Source: Macrostomum lignano (lineage: Eukaryota). From it: a DNA stretch of 64,000 nt. A program made the position numbers and the translations under genes. Every line of letters begins with the position of its first letter. Position 1 is the stretch's first letter. The stretch covers positions 123,823 through 187,822 of the forward strand of contig NIVC01002277.1 of the NCBI GenBank assembly GCA_002269645.1, written 5' to 3'. The notes under the pieces were generated by a model. It saw only the letters and a program-made list of their open reading frames with translations, was not told where the DNA came from and did no database searches. Shown piece by piece: positions 26,860 to 39,559 of this stretch.

Positions 26860-28100
26860 TAAGAACCTGGACCCAGAAATGCATTTACAGCTGGCCTGAC
26901 CTGATGAACTGATAACATATCTTCTAGGACAGTCTGCAAGCAATTGCCCATCTTGCAGGCTATGTCGTATATGAGAATAACATCTCTTGCAACTGGCTGA
27001 CTACTGAGGAAAAACTTTAAATATGAGTTGGTGTAGATCAGCCACTCACCACTTATCCAAATGTCTGTGCATGCTCCAATATTGTTGTGATGGCAACTGA
27101 CAATGAAGAAGCTATAAATATCCAACTTTCTAGTTCCTTGACATCCATTTTGCAATTCACCTGCTTGCCAATTTGAACATGCTCCCTCAGTTTTAGTTAG
27201 CTTATTGCTTTGTGACTCAATGGGAACATAAACAAATAGTAATGGCAAATTTCCCTAAGTGGGCAAGATGTCTTGTTTACCACAGGCAGACAATTTGCAT
27301 TGAAGCCTGAAAATTCTATTGGTAGCAATGATGGTTGGACACTTGGTGGAACCTAAAATGAAAGTATAGGTTGTGCAAGCAAATTGAAAATAAGTAGACA
27401 CAACTATTTTTGAATGCATTTTAATATTTTGCTATACTATAGTAGTACTACGGCCATTGCAAATTTCTAAAATCTTAAGTTAGTTAAAAGATAACAAGAT
27501 AAGCAGCAAAAATGTTTATAAAGTCCTCAAAAAGAGCTATTTTGAGTTGATCTGTGATCTAAATGTCCTGACAACTTCTAGCTAAAATTATGCAAAACAC
27601 ATTAAAGCCTGTGGTGACCATCAGTTTTTCAAAGTTTGCACTTTTTACTTTGTGGGTTGTCCATAATAGTCATGGCTTGCTAACTCGCTGCATTAAACTC
27701 AAAAGTCTGCTGTAGCTGCCAGAGAACTAGAGCTGCTGGCATACCATGAGGATGCTTTTCTGCCACTAAAGAAGCTGCAAAAACTATCTGTGCTTTTTAT
27801 ATTGGTAGGCCATTAAATGTAATTTACAATTTTTCTAGATCCTGCTTAAAAAACGTAGCTCATGGTATGAATCTCAATCATGTCAGTATTTCTTGTGCTT
27901 TAAAGCTGCCATTTCCAAATTGACTTACACTTGATAGGCACATGAAACAGAAGTGAGGCTAATGTGTGTTGTCTAGTAGCAGTTGGCAATGATCCAGTAC
28001 TCAATACTGGCAAAAAATATGGTACAGTTTGTCAAATTTCTGAAATGCATTAGGAGAAAGTGCCAATATAGAGTGGGTAATAAGGCCCATGAAAATATTC
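26860..28100 (-). pseudogene. Decayed KDZ (Kyakuja-Dileera-Zisupton) transposase relic
   Basis: Peptide FFIVSCHH...SGEWLIY...VILIYDIACKM...AVNAF matches the KDZ pattern (C.H...GE..Y...YDIAC...A(V/I)P.FH); upstream frames are broken by stops. The upstream extent is approximate. Confidence 0.6.
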
Positions 28101-28305
28101 TCTTTTTGAAATTTGTACTTTCCATTTATCAATACAATAAATAAATAGAAATAGAATCAACATTTTTATATGCACTGTTCACTTTTCTATCATTATTTTC
28201 TATCTTGAGGTCCAGACTTTCATGTGGGATGTTACTACTTTGTGATGGCTTATATAGCTGAAACTGAAGCTGTGTTGTATGAATATTCAAAATTTTGTGA
28301 TAATT

Positions 28306-28740
28306 TTAAGTTAAGAAGTTTATCCATTCAAAAATATGAATATAATAAGCACATTTTATTATCATTGCTAGATTTGTTGCTATAAACAATTTTTGCCTCA
28401 TATTCTCATATTTAAGAGACTTTAAGCACTTTCGAACTATTCCATTGTACAAACAATGCATAGGATCAATAGGAAAATTAATTATCATATTAATAAATAA
28501 CATGCTCAGACAAACCATCAGATCAAAATTCTAAATCAATCTGCAAAAGAGCAAAAAGGTCACAAAAGGTGACATGAGCATTAAATTGTTTCTGCCATGC
28601 ATCCACTGTAGCCCTAGAAAGCCTTGGTGCCTTGTTTCCATTCTTGCTTGTAAAGCCATTTTGGGTTAAACTTGACAGCTCAATCACACAATCAACCATG
28701 AATTCACTGCTTGTCCTTGGCTTCTCTTACTGCAATAAAG
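28306..28740 (-). pseudogene. Decayed EnSpm/CMC-type transposase relic
   Basis: LYCS..EKPRTSSEFMVDCVIELSSLTQNG...APRLF*GYSGC followed by FPIDPMHCLYNGIVRK, collinear with the animal CMC-EnSpm pattern (Y.G..KP...EFL.DFV.EL..L..NG...DAPARAF...GY.GC...FPLDYMH...LGV); contains stops and deletions. Confidence 0.7.
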
Positions 28741-29241
28741 GATTATGATAAATGCAGACTGATAAATACTATTAATTTTCCAAGTAGAGGCCATATAGTA
28801 AGTATCACTATTGGACATACAAATGCTATCCAAAAATAGATCAAAATCAATTGATTAAACAGTTAGATGTCTTGCATTTAGACATGACAAACTAAAGTCC
28901 TGACTCCAGGCCAAAATGGTAGTACTTGCCAGGTGGGTACATTTCTCAATGACAAATGTGCTATAGACATTTGTGTCCTGAAGTTAGTAGGAAATCCTGC
29001 TATTTAAAGCTATTGTTGATGGTTTATTTTCTGAAGCCTAATCCTAGAGAATCCTGGTCCTGGTCCTCATCCGGATCTTCATAAAAGCAAGGTGAAAAAT
29101 GGGCATGGTAAAATACTAATAAACATGTTCAGTAGGAAACTGTCATTAACAATTTCTAAATAATGAAAGTTAGATTTCTTTGACTAACACTGCACTGCAC
29201 TTCCCTCATTTCAGCTATTCTATCCACTACGTTCGTAAGCC

Positions 29242-29583
29242 ATGACTGAGCGCAAAGTGCTAAATAAGTACTATCCGCCCGACTATGACCCGTCCCGGAT
29301 ACCCAAACTGCCGCGGGACAAGAATAAGAGTCGCAATAATAAAACATTCAGTATTAGAACCATGGCCCCGTGCAATATGCGCTGCGCCTCGTGCGGCGAA
29401 TACATCTACAAGGCCAGAAAGTTCAATTCTAGAATGGAGATAGCCGAGGGCGAGACCTACATGGGCCTGAGGATCTACAGGTTCTACATCCGGTGTCCAG
29501 GCTGCTGCTCGGAAATTACTTGGAAGACCGACTTGGAGAATGGCGACTATACTATTGAGCACGGGGCTAAGCGCAATTTTGAG
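29242..29583 (+). CDS. YJU2: Splicing factor YJU2/CCDC94, exon 1
   Basis: [22 protein letters not shown]...[17 protein letters not shown]...[33 protein letters not shown] is the Yju2/CCDC94 zinc-binding N-terminus; GAG|GT donor. Confidence 0.95.
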
Positions 29584-29654
29584 GTTTGTGCTTTCTTGTC
29601 TATCATTGCTCATTGCTTTATTAAACTGCGAAATATGGTATGGAACATCGAGAA

Positions 29655-31495
29655 TTATCGCTCACTGAAGGACCAGATGGGGTGGGAGAAGCATCGCTCA
29701 CTGATGGACCAGATGGGGTGGGAGAATCGCTCACTGATGGACCAGATGGGGTGGGAGAATCGCTCACTGAAGGACCAGATGGGGTGGGAGAAGCATCGCT
29801 CACTGATGGACCAGATGGGGTGGGAGCATCGCTCACTGATGGACCAGATGGGGTGGGAGCATCGCTCACTGAAGGACCAGATGGGGTGGGAGAAGCATCG
29901 CTCACTGATGGACCGGATGGGGTGGGAGCATCGCTCACTGAAGGACCGGATGGGGTGGGAGCATCGCTCACTGAAGGACCAGATGGGGTGGGAGAAGCAT
30001 CGCTCACTGATGGACCGGATGGGGTGGGAGCATCGCTCACTGAAGGACCAGATGGGGTGGGAGAAGCATCGCTCACTGATGGACCAGATGGGGTGGGAGC
30101 ATCGCTCACTGATGGACCAGATGGGGTGGGAGCATCGCTCACTGAATGACCAGATGGGTGGGAGCATCGCTCACTGAAGGACCAGATGGGTGGGAGCATC
30201 GCTCACTGAATGACCAGATGGGGTGGGAGCATCGCTCACTGAATGACCAGATGGGTTGGAGCATCGCTCACTGAAGGACCAGATGGGTGGGAGCATCGCT
30301 CACTGAAGGACCAGATGGGGTGGGAGCATCGCTCACTGAATGACCAGATGGGGTGGGAGCATCGCTCACTGAATGACCAGATGGGGTGGGAGCATCGCTC
30401 ACTGAAGGACCAGATGGGTGGGAGCATCGCTCACTGAATGACCAGATGGGGTGGGAGCATCGCTCACTGAATGACCAGATGGGGTGGGAGCATCGCTCAC
30501 TGAATGACCAGATGGGGTGGGAGCATCGCTCACTGAAGGACCGGATGGGGTGGGAGCATCGCTCACTGAAGGACCAGATGGGGTGGGAGAAGCATCGCTC
30601 ACTGATGGACCGGATGGGGTGGGAGCATCGCTCACTGAAGGACCAGATGGGGTGGGAGAAGCATCGCTCACTGATGGACCAGATGGGGTGGGAGCATCGC
30701 TCACTGAATGACCAGATGGGTGGGAGCATCGCTCACTGAATGACCAGATGGGGTGGGAGCATCGCTCACTGAATGACCAGATGGGGTGGGAGCATCGCTC
30801 ACTGAATGACCAGATGGGGTGGGAGCATCGCTCACTGAAGGACCGGATGGGGTGGGAGCATCGCTCACTGAAGGACCAGATGGGGTGGGAGAAGCATCGC
30901 TCACTGATGGACCGGATGGGGTGGGAGCATCGCTCACTGAAGGACCAGATGGGGTGGGAGAAGCATCGCTCACTGATGGACCAGATGGGGTGGGAGCATC
31001 GCTCACTGAATGACCAGATGGGTGGGAGCATCGCTCACTGAATGACCAGATGGGGTGGGAGCATCGCTCACTGAATGACCAGATGGGGTGGGAGCATCGC
31101 TCACTGAATGACCAGATGGGGTGGGAGCATCGCTCACTGAAGGACCGGATGGGGTGGGAGCATCGCTCACTGAAGGACCGGATGGGGTGGGAGCATCGCT
31201 CACTGAAGGACCAGATGGGGTGGGAGAAGCATCGCTCACTGATGAACCAGATGGGGTGGGAGAAGCATCGCTCACTGATGGACCCGATGGGGTGGGAGAA
31301 GCATCGCTCACTGATGGACCAGATGGGGTGGGAGAAGCATCGCTCACTGATGGACCAGATGGGGTGGGAGAAGCATCGCTCACTGATGGACCAGATGGGG
31401 TGGGAGAAGCATCGCTCACTGATGGACCAGATGGGGTGGGAGAAGCATCGCTCACTGATGGACCAGATGGGGTGGGAGAAGCATCACTCACTGAA
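29655..31495. repeat. 33/36-bp intronic minisatellite (GCATCGCTCACTGAAGGACCAGATGGGGTGGGA[GAA]) with a 302-bp higher-order duplication
   Basis: Direct periodicity; identical peptide blocks start at 30517 and 30819. Confidence 0.96.
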
Positions 31496-31619
31496 GGAAG
31501 GACCAAAGGCACGGAAACATCATTCAGCCAATTAAAGAAGGTCATATGCTGCGTAGTCTACTATAAGTAGTGTAGTTTATGCTCTGTCGTTATTTTAATT
31601 CAGCTTGTATTTACCACAG

Positions 31620-32069
31620 GCCCTCCGCACCGCCGAGATGCTGGAACGCAAGCGTCTGGAAGAGGAGGAGGCCGAAGACGCCAAGGACCCCATGAAGCAG
31701 CTGGAGAAGCGGACCAGCCAATCTAAACGCGAAATGGAAATGCTGGAAACTCTGCAAGATGTTAAAGAGCTCAACAAGCGCAACGCCGGCTCCGATATCG
31801 TGGACACGGTCATCCGCGATGTGGAGTCGCGCAGGATTACCGAGGAGCAGCAGGTGGAGGACGAGGATGCCAGACTGGCCAGGGAGCTCATGCTCAGTGC
31901 TAAACGACCTCGCCTAGCTGGTCCGTCCACCTCGTCAACGTCGTCCACATCGGCCGGGCCGTCTGGCAGTTCGGCCAGATCAACGGGTCCGGCTTCGTCG
32001 ATTCGCGATTTGTTGAAAGGCTCGGTTCGGGTGAAGCCTGCCGCTGCTGCTGCTGCAAAGAAGAATTGA
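31620..32069 (+). CDS. YJU2: Splicing factor YJU2/CCDC94, exon 2
   Basis: TTACCACAG acceptor in phase 0; DPMKQLEKRT..SKREMEMLETLQDVKELN matches the conserved coiled-coil motif (NPMK.LE.RT..SK.EME.LE.L..L..LN); ends in TGA. Confidence 0.92.
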   Translation, partial: ALRTAEMLERKRLEEEEAEDAKDPMKQLEKRTSQSKREMEMLETLQDVKELNKRNAGSDIVDTVIRDVESRRITEEQQVEDEDARLARELMLSAKRPRLAGPSTSSTSSTSAGPSGSSARSTGPASSIRDLLKGSVRVKPAAAAAAKKN

Positions 32070-32399
32070 AATTTGACCGACTAGTGATTATTTTGCGAGA
32101 CTTAATGTACTTTTTTAGTGTTTAATATGCCATAAAGCAGGAATCAGATGGAGCGCTAATCTGAGCCCTGTCCGCTCGTTCTATTCTATTTGCAGTTCAT
32201 TGCTTACATAAAAACTTCGAGTACAGACAGTCTGGTCTGGTCAAAACTGATGGACCGATGGTTAATAAGCAAGCGTATCTGCTCGGACTTGCTTATAAAA
32301 TTTATAGTACTCGTACCAACAGATTTTATGGGGGGTGACAGTTACTGCTTTGATAGCTAAGCCGATAAAGTATAGAATCCCCGAATCCCCACTCTGCAG

Positions 32400-32748
32400 A
32401 ACTGCTCTCGGCCATAGACAATAAAGCCAATCAACGCCGCTGCCACAGAACTGCTCTCGGCCATAGACAATAAAGCCAATCAATGCCACTGCCACACAAC
32501 TGATCAATGCCACTGTCACAGAACTGCTCTCGGCCATAGACAATAAAGCCAATCAAAGCCACTGCCACACAACTGCTCTCGGCCATAGACAATAAAGCCA
32601 ATCGAAGCCACTGCCACACAACTGCTCTCGGTCATAGACAATAAAGCCAATCGAAGCCACTGCCACACAACTGCTCTCGGTCATAGACAATAAAGCCAAT
32701 CGAAGCCACTGCCACACAACTGCTCTCGGTCATAGACAATAAAGCCAA
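32400..32748. repeat. 49-bp tandem repeat, about 7 copies
   Basis: ACTGCTCTCGGCCATAGACAATAAAGCCAATCAAAGCCACTGCCACACA recurs (32523, 32572 and onward). Confidence 0.92.
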
Positions 32749-33264
32749 GACAGACGGACGGATAGACAGACACGACAGATGTGACCAAAAGAGCAAACCC
32801 GTCAAAGCCGACTATTTGTCTTTTTCATGTTTGATTTTCACTTTTTTACTTTAATTAACAGGAGCAACATGGTAAAGAATAGGCAAACGAATCTAAATCA
32901 ATCATAGCTGGAGTGATTGGTGAAATTTGACTTTGTCTGTCAGTTCTACTGTACGAGTGTGTTTGTAAATTTGGTCTAATCAATAAATATAAAGCTGGCT
33001 ACTTCTTCTGCTTCTGAGCATCGTTGTGTATACAGTAATTAATCTCTCCTTTTTATTGTATTCTATTTAATCTAGATCTGCATAAATCGTTCATTGTAAA
33101 AAGCGATATCTTTGGAAAATAATTTCCAGCTGTTGCAACTAGAAAGAAAATTGTGTTTAATCGGGATTAGTGGAGGTTATATACTCTTAGACAGGATTTA
33201 ATAAGATTATTTGTCCTTTTCTGTTCCCGTGCATTGATTGGTAATTAGCATTGGCGACTGGCCA

Positions 33265-34415
33265 GTGTGCTCAGAGGTCTCTGCCATCAAGATTCCCAGT
33301 GTGCTTAGAGGTCTCTGTCATCAAGATTCCCAGTGTGCTTAGAGGTTTCCGTCATCAAGATTCCCAGTGTGCTTAGAGGTCTCCGTCATCAAGATTCCCA
33401 GTGTGCTTAGAGGTCTCCGTCATCAAGATTCCCAGTGTGCTCAGAGGTCTCTGCCATCAAGATTCTCAGTGTGCTCAGAGGTCTATGCCATCAAGATTCC
33501 CAGTGTGCTCAGAGGTCTCTGTCATCAAGATTCCCAGTGTGCTCAGAGGTCTGCCATCAAGCATTCCCAGTGTGCTCAGAGGTGTCTGTCATCAAGCATT
33601 CCCAGTGTGCTCAGAGGTGTCTGTCATCAAGCATTCCCAGTGTGCTCAGAGGTGTCTGTCATCAAGCATTCCCAGTGTGCTCAGAGGTGTCTGTCATCAA
33701 GATTCCCAGTGTGCTCAGAGGTGTCTGTCATCAAGCATTCCCAGTGTGCTCAGAGGTGTCTGTCATCAAGCATTCCCAGTGTGCTCAGAGGTCTCCGTCA
33801 TCAAGATTCCCAGTGTGCTCAGAGGTCTATGCCATCAAGATTCCCAGTGTGCTCAGAGGTGTCTGTCATCAAGATTCCCAGTGTGCTCAGAGGTGTCTGT
33901 CATCAAGATTCCCAGTGTGCTCAGAGGTGTCTGTCATCAAGATTCCCAGTGTGCTCAGAGGTCTCCGTCATCAAGATTCCCAGTGTGCTCAGAGGTCTAT
34001 GCCATCAAGATTCCCAGTGTGCTCAGAGATGTCTGTCATCAAGATTTCCAGTGTGCTCAAAGGTGTCTGTCATCAAGATTCCCAGTGTGCTCAGAGGTCT
34101 ATGCCATCAAGATTCCCAGTGTGCTCAGAGGTGTCTGTCATCAAGCATTCCCAGTGTGCTCAGAGGTCTCTGCCATCAAGATTCCCAGTGTGATTAGAAG
34201 TGTCTGCCATCAAGCATTCCCAGTGTGCTCAGAGGTGTCTGTCATCAAGCATTCCCAGTGTGCTCAGAGGTGTCTGTCATCAAGATTCCCAGTGTGCTCA
34301 GAGGTGTCTGTCATCAAGATTCCCAGTGTGCTCAGAGGTGACTGTCATCAAGATTCCCAGTGTGCTCAGAGGTGTCTGTCATCAAGATTCCCAGTGTGCT
34401 CAGAGGTGACTGTCA
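33265..34415. repeat. 34-bp minisatellite (CAGTGTGCTCAGAGGTGTCTGTCATCAAGATTCC)
   Basis: Direct periodicity, about 34 copies. Confidence 0.96.
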
Positions 34416-35817
34416 TAAAGATTTTTTGCGTGCTTTGGTCCCTATATATGGTCAAACTATAGTGCTATCGTAAGAATACATTTCAAATGAGGTTGTAAAC
34501 AAATAAACGAGGTATAAAGCACGTGCTCACATCACGAAAGAGGGAACAGTAAGATAAAAATAACGGATAAAAATGCCCGGAGCTGAGTTCACCTGATAAT
34601 ATCGGGAATGCTGCTGTTTCTCTTTTTTCTAGATATGAATATGCGCTAACTAACGTGTTATTGCAAGGAAAAAAACGATACGTATCAACATTTCGTACAG
34701 TATGGCTATCGCAGCTAATATATGAAATTGACATTATTTCATAACAGAACAATATAACAACTATTTCAATCTGAGGGGGTTACTTCGCCTTTTGCAGCGA
34801 AATCTGTTGACGATAAAATGGCTCCATGGGTTCCTGGGTAGCCATGTAAACTAATGTGAAAGGGGTTAACTTCTCTCCCAAAAGCTGACCCCAAGTTGTT
34901 ACAGGGCTGACCTAATCTCAGCTGTTCTCACCAATTTTTACGTAGGGTTATCTTCTAATGTGATATCTTGATGTACTTTTTAACACTACTATGTACTGGT
35001 AGTGTATCAGGTAAAGTCAATAGCGTATTATGTATTATTGGCCTGAGCGGTCTTTATGGCTAGTGCTAGTGCTAGATCTAGTGCTAGTGCTAGTATAAAG
35101 CACTAGCCCTGAGGCTGATTATCAATTTCGTCTCCAAATATGATAGTTACAGAGGTACCAAGAACTCAATTGAGCGTGAGAAGAAACCAGGATCAAAAGA
35201 GTTTATTTTATTTGGCTTGCAGTCTGCTTCTATTTATACTAAGAAATGCCCTTACTGTTTAAAACGAAATTATGGGATAATAAATAATTTTTTTATTCGT
35301 AAAGTTTAAGTACCGTTTTCTAAGAAGTGCAAATTAAGCCTACTTAACCAAGCCACCTAGTCACATGTTGGACCTTAATGTGAAAGAACTTTTAAGATCC
35401 TGCAAATGGAAAAGGCTCTGTGGAGAAAGCAACCAACCAGACCATATATTCTACTGCCTGCTACCAGAGTTCAAATCTCAGCATAGGGCTTGTGAAACCG
35501 TAGGATTTCTAAACACGGTGGTAATGGTATGTCAACATCAGTGTCAAGAGAGGGGAATTTTACGTCTTCCTTCAACGGTGAATTTGATATTTTTACAGGT
35601 AGAGCTGGCGATGTTGACAAACTAGTCCTGGTCGAGTTTCGCCTTCGAAAATAGCGAGCGTAATCGTCAGCGTAGCGTTTGTACTAGCGAGGAGCACCAC
35701 AAAGGAGAGCCATCCCTAGTTCTTTTGCTTGTTTTGTTCCATCTTTGAGAGAGCACAAAGGCACAAACCTTGAGCGCGCCGGATTGCTATTGGGAAGTTT
35801 CAAAGACCTTAGGGTAG

Positions 35818-35902
35818 TGCTTGTCGTCACATTGTAATGCTTGTCGTCACACTGTAATGCTTGCCGTCACACTGTAACGCTTGTCGTCACACTGTAAAGC
35901 TT
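35818..35902. repeat. 20-bp tandem repeat, 4 copies (GCTTGTCGTCACACTGTAAT)
   Basis: Direct. Confidence 0.85.
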
Positions 35903-37516
35903 GTTGCAATACCGGCTGCTCAGTCGGAATCGTGAGACAAACAGAGCGGGCCGGCACGACTCACCACCCACACCCATCGCCCGCCACCAACATACAGGCA
36001 AGAACAAAGTATGCGAGCGCTTCTCCCCTCGATGCGTTCAACGCACTGAATTACTCAAAGGGGTGATGGACACAATATTGCAATGTTGCGAAAACCGGTC
36101 TGCCGCAGTATTTGCTGCCAGATGAATAGTAAATCGGCAGTATAGGGACAAGAAGCCAAATTGCCTGCGCAATTAAAGCAACCGTATGCAGCGTCGAAAT
36201 TATGCTCCTTAAAGACAAGTACAATACGAGCACCACGATAAATGCTATTCTTTATGCACCTACCAGGTATAATTGCTGTGGCTTGCGCACCTGGCACCTC
36301 TCTGATGTTTTAGCCATCTGGCATAGCGACGCTTTTTAGACGCGCACAGTTTGAAGAAGAAGCGCACCTGCTTCTCCTAGAATTGGATAATTATAAAAGC
36401 CTTCAATATATAATATCGCACCAGGAAGCGATGAGAGTGGGGATAGTTCTGTCTCCAGAGGGGGGGGGGGTTAAAGATACGTTTTCGCTGGACACAGAGA
36501 TTGCCGTCAAAAATCTTCTAAAGTGTGTCTGTTGACTCGGTGCACAAAAGGCTTAAAAAGTTATACTCGTACATTTATTATAAAGCGCTGGGTACTAGCC
36601 GCACGATTTTATTGTTTATTGCTAAGTACATTACATAATGCAGCCCGAAGTGCAATCTATGGCTACTTCGATAGTTAGAAGAATCTTGCAAGATATGTTC
36701 ATAATCATAGATTATACTCGCAGAGGTGTTTCTTAATAATTCTCATGATTAAGTTTTTGTAAGATTCGAGGTAACTTAAATCTTTGATAATCTTAGTAAA
36801 ATTGGAATTCTGTTTAAATTAGTTTTGTACCCGTACTGAAATATTTCGGCAGGTATAGCTTCCAGCAGGGTAACCAAGACTGTACATGTAGGTGGGAAAG
36901 TTCGTGTGCTCAGGAGTCAGAGCTTGTTGCGGGACGATGTTACCGAAGCCATTGCACCAGGGTGCTTGTAGCCCTCATTCAAATATTTATGCATGTATGA
37001 TAGCAAAGAACCGCTGGCTTAGAAATTTCCTAATTTAAATATTTATTCGAGAATGAAAAGATTTCAGATAGTGGTTCTAGAAAATCTTGGGGTAAAATCC
37101 TTTCGTTTGGCTTCTTGCTGGCGAAATACTTGCGCTTTGTAGACTTCCTTTAATCCACAATTGCCGATGGGAGTCCACTTTGAATTTATAAGCGCGACTG
37201 ACTTTACTTGCTTTATTAGAAGAAACTCGGCGCTTTCTTGAAGCATATTTTTCAAAAAACGTCAGAACAGAACAGAACGCAGAAAATATGATTATACTCG
37301 TAGAACTTCGTTCAATCAAATGCGCGACGAATACGTACAGCTGCGTGCACACTTTTCACAATCGTAGGTGCAACCATCTGTAGGTGCAGTTGATACGATA
37401 TAAAAATTAGAAACAATATTTGCTTTTCGATTCTTTTCGATATGATTAAATTTGATATTAACGAATTATTGGCATTCGTCCAGTGGATCTACTAATCAAG
37501 GAACTGTCATTGTCCC

Positions 37517-38560
37517 CTATACTGTTGTCTCGTGAACAATGTAAGCCCAGGATTGCTTTTTCTCGCTTCTGTGGTTGCCATGGGCAACGAAGACCGTTTC
37601 GGCTGGAGCCGCCGACTGGCGCCGCCGTTTACTGCGATGCTGCCGGACAGCAGCGAGGCCGGTGGTGCAGGCCAGCAGCCCGAAGTTGAACAGCGAGTCC
37701 AGCTCAACCAGGGTGTTCACTACGAGCTCTGTCACCGGAGTCTTGCTTCGTACAAAGCCGCACACGTCTGTCGGACTTTCCAGCAGGAGGCAGGTGACTG
37801 ACAGGGCCACGACAAGGCGCACGGCCTGCTTCTCGTGGCGATGCATCTGGCTCCGGCGTCGATTATTTGAGTCGCCTTTGGTCGCCGCCGATGCCGGTAA
37901 GATGGCGGTGTTGTCCAAGTTGGCCTGCGGTCGAGCGGTGGCCGCTTTGCGCAGGGCGCAGACGGTCAGGCAGGTGGCGGTGAACACTGAGACGATGGGC
38001 AGGATGCCTTGGTAGGTGTAGAAGACGATCTCCACAATGTGCTCATGTCGCATCGGCGCCTGCTGAGCTGCCGACTCCTGCGCCAGCACCATCAGGATGC
38101 TGAGACAGAGCGCCACCGTGCCGGCTGCCGTCTCCATGGCAACCAGGTGAGTCGGCTTGAATGCCGAGTCGGAGCGGACGGCCAGCGGACAGCAGACGGC
38201 CTCGACGCGAGACCACGAGATGAAGCCCATTGTCCAGTTCCGCATGGTAAGGGAGAACCGCAGCAGCACGGAGAGCGCGGTGGGCCCGACGCCCTGCTGC
38301 GAAGACTGAGCCAGGTGCCGGGCGTAGAAGGTGATGACGGAGCCGTGGAACAGGGCCTCGAAGGCCGACATGGCGGCGAGGAGCCGGCGCAGCACCGGGT
38401 GCACCGGGGCGCTGGCTCTGGTGAAGAAGACCAGCGCTACGATTGAGCAGGCGGCGTTCACGGCCGACAGCGGAATGTAGGTGAGCGGCTCCAGCGGGTG
38501 CACCGCGACTGGCAGGATGGAAGAGGCGTTGCTATGCGCGAATTCCCGAGCAGCTTCCAT
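37517..38560 (-). CDS. Intronless orphan rhodopsin-like (class A) GPCR, ~347 aa
   Basis: Seven hydrophobic segments; TM1 N (SAVN), TM3 SRVEAVCCPL in place of DRY..(I/V)..P, TM6 LLESP, TM7 DSLFNF; basic third loop and C-tail. The first ATG in the frame is at 38560. Confidence 0.85.
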   Translation of the reverse strand: MEAAREFAHSNASSILPVAVHPLEPLTYIPLSAVNAACSIVALVFFTRASAPVHPVLRRLLAAMSAFEALFHGSVITFYARHLAQSSQQGVGPTALSVLLRFSLTMRNWTMGFISWSRVEAVCCPLAVRSDSAFKPTHLVAMETAAGTVALCLSILMVLAQESAAQQAPMRHEHIVEIVFYTYQGILPIVSVFTATCLTVCALRKAATARPQANLDNTAILPASAATKGDSNNRRRSQMHRHEKQAVRLVVALSVTCLLLESPTDVCGFVRSKTPVTELVVNTLVELDSLFNFGLLACTTGLAAVRQHRSKRRRQSAAPAETVFVAHGNHRSEKKQSWAYIVHETTV

Positions 38561-39190
38561 GACAGTGATGCGATTATCGAGGCTAAAACAGAGCTCCACT
38601 TTCTTGAGTGGATATAATAAAATTCGGTCGTATTTCAGTTGGAGCAGCCCCTGATTATATTAGCCAATACGCGATCAGGGAGGAGCCCAGCCAATCAATT
38701 TGGGTAGCTTAGCACTACGGAATTAACTGGCCAGAGGTCTCTGCATTGTAGAATCGAAGTAATGCGCGGCAAATGAGGAAAAATTGTATGAGCCCAGCTC
38801 GGCTCTCTCTAGGCCCGCACTTGGAGCGGTAATAAGTGGAGCGAACGCCGATGCGGTCTCTGCTTTTATCGTGCGCATATCTGATTAGGGCGAAGCCGAC
38901 GCCTTGGCCAAGTTCTTCCGCTGGCCTCCAGCTTGTTGGGATCGAACAAAACGCAGCAAACCGGTTTACTTGGTTTAACAAATGAATGCCGAAAAATTGA
39001 AGCCACATCGAAATGTACTTTTTTCGTTCTTTGGCTGGCTTTGATCGATCTATTTTTTTCACGAGCTAGTCAAGCGCTTATAACTGCTTATTCGTGTGTG
39101 AATAATCTAGTTAACTGAATGCGTTTAGGCTTATATGGTTTCAATGACTTCCTTAGTATATCCCTGGCTTAACATCGTGAGTGATTAGAG

Positions 39191-39426
39191 CAGGGGTCGA
39201 AAAACTTTTTTTCACCTCGGAGGGCAAGATAAAGAATTCAGCCGATGCCCATGGCTACGGATGAGAAAAGAAAGACGAGAAAATACACTGGTAGATTATA
39301 TGAGATGGGAGAGAGGGGAGAGAAAGAGCTGAGAAGAGACCATAGCCGGACTACTACACGATTATGAAGTTTCAAAGGCTTCGCCGATAAAGAGGCTTCG
39401 CTTGCCGGAGAGTTTGCCGACCCTTG
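39191..39426. mobile_element. hAT (Charlie-like) MITE, 236 bp
   Basis: TIRs CAGGGGTCGAAAAACT / AGTTTGCCGACCCTTG; 8-bp TSD GATTAGAG / GAGTAGAG (one mismatch). Confidence 0.75.
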
Positions 39427-39559
39427 GAGTAGAGTCTTGTTTACTCATTCTGATACATTGAAACACTTGATTCCAGCTCTGTGATTGCGCAAAGTTTCAG
39501 AACAGTAACTTGTCCGCCTCTATACGTACCTCTAACAGTCTGTAAGTATGAGCTCTAGC

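Noticed and set aside
29584-30177. Read-through extension of YJU2 exon 1 into [11 protein letters not shown] repeats
   Set aside because: A donor at 29584 and a phase-matched exon at 31620 restore the conserved protein; the extension is intronic minisatellite.
38640-38710. Paired CCAAT boxes and a TATA-like sequence upstream of the first GPCR
   Set aside because: Short motifs expected by chance; no TSS evidence.
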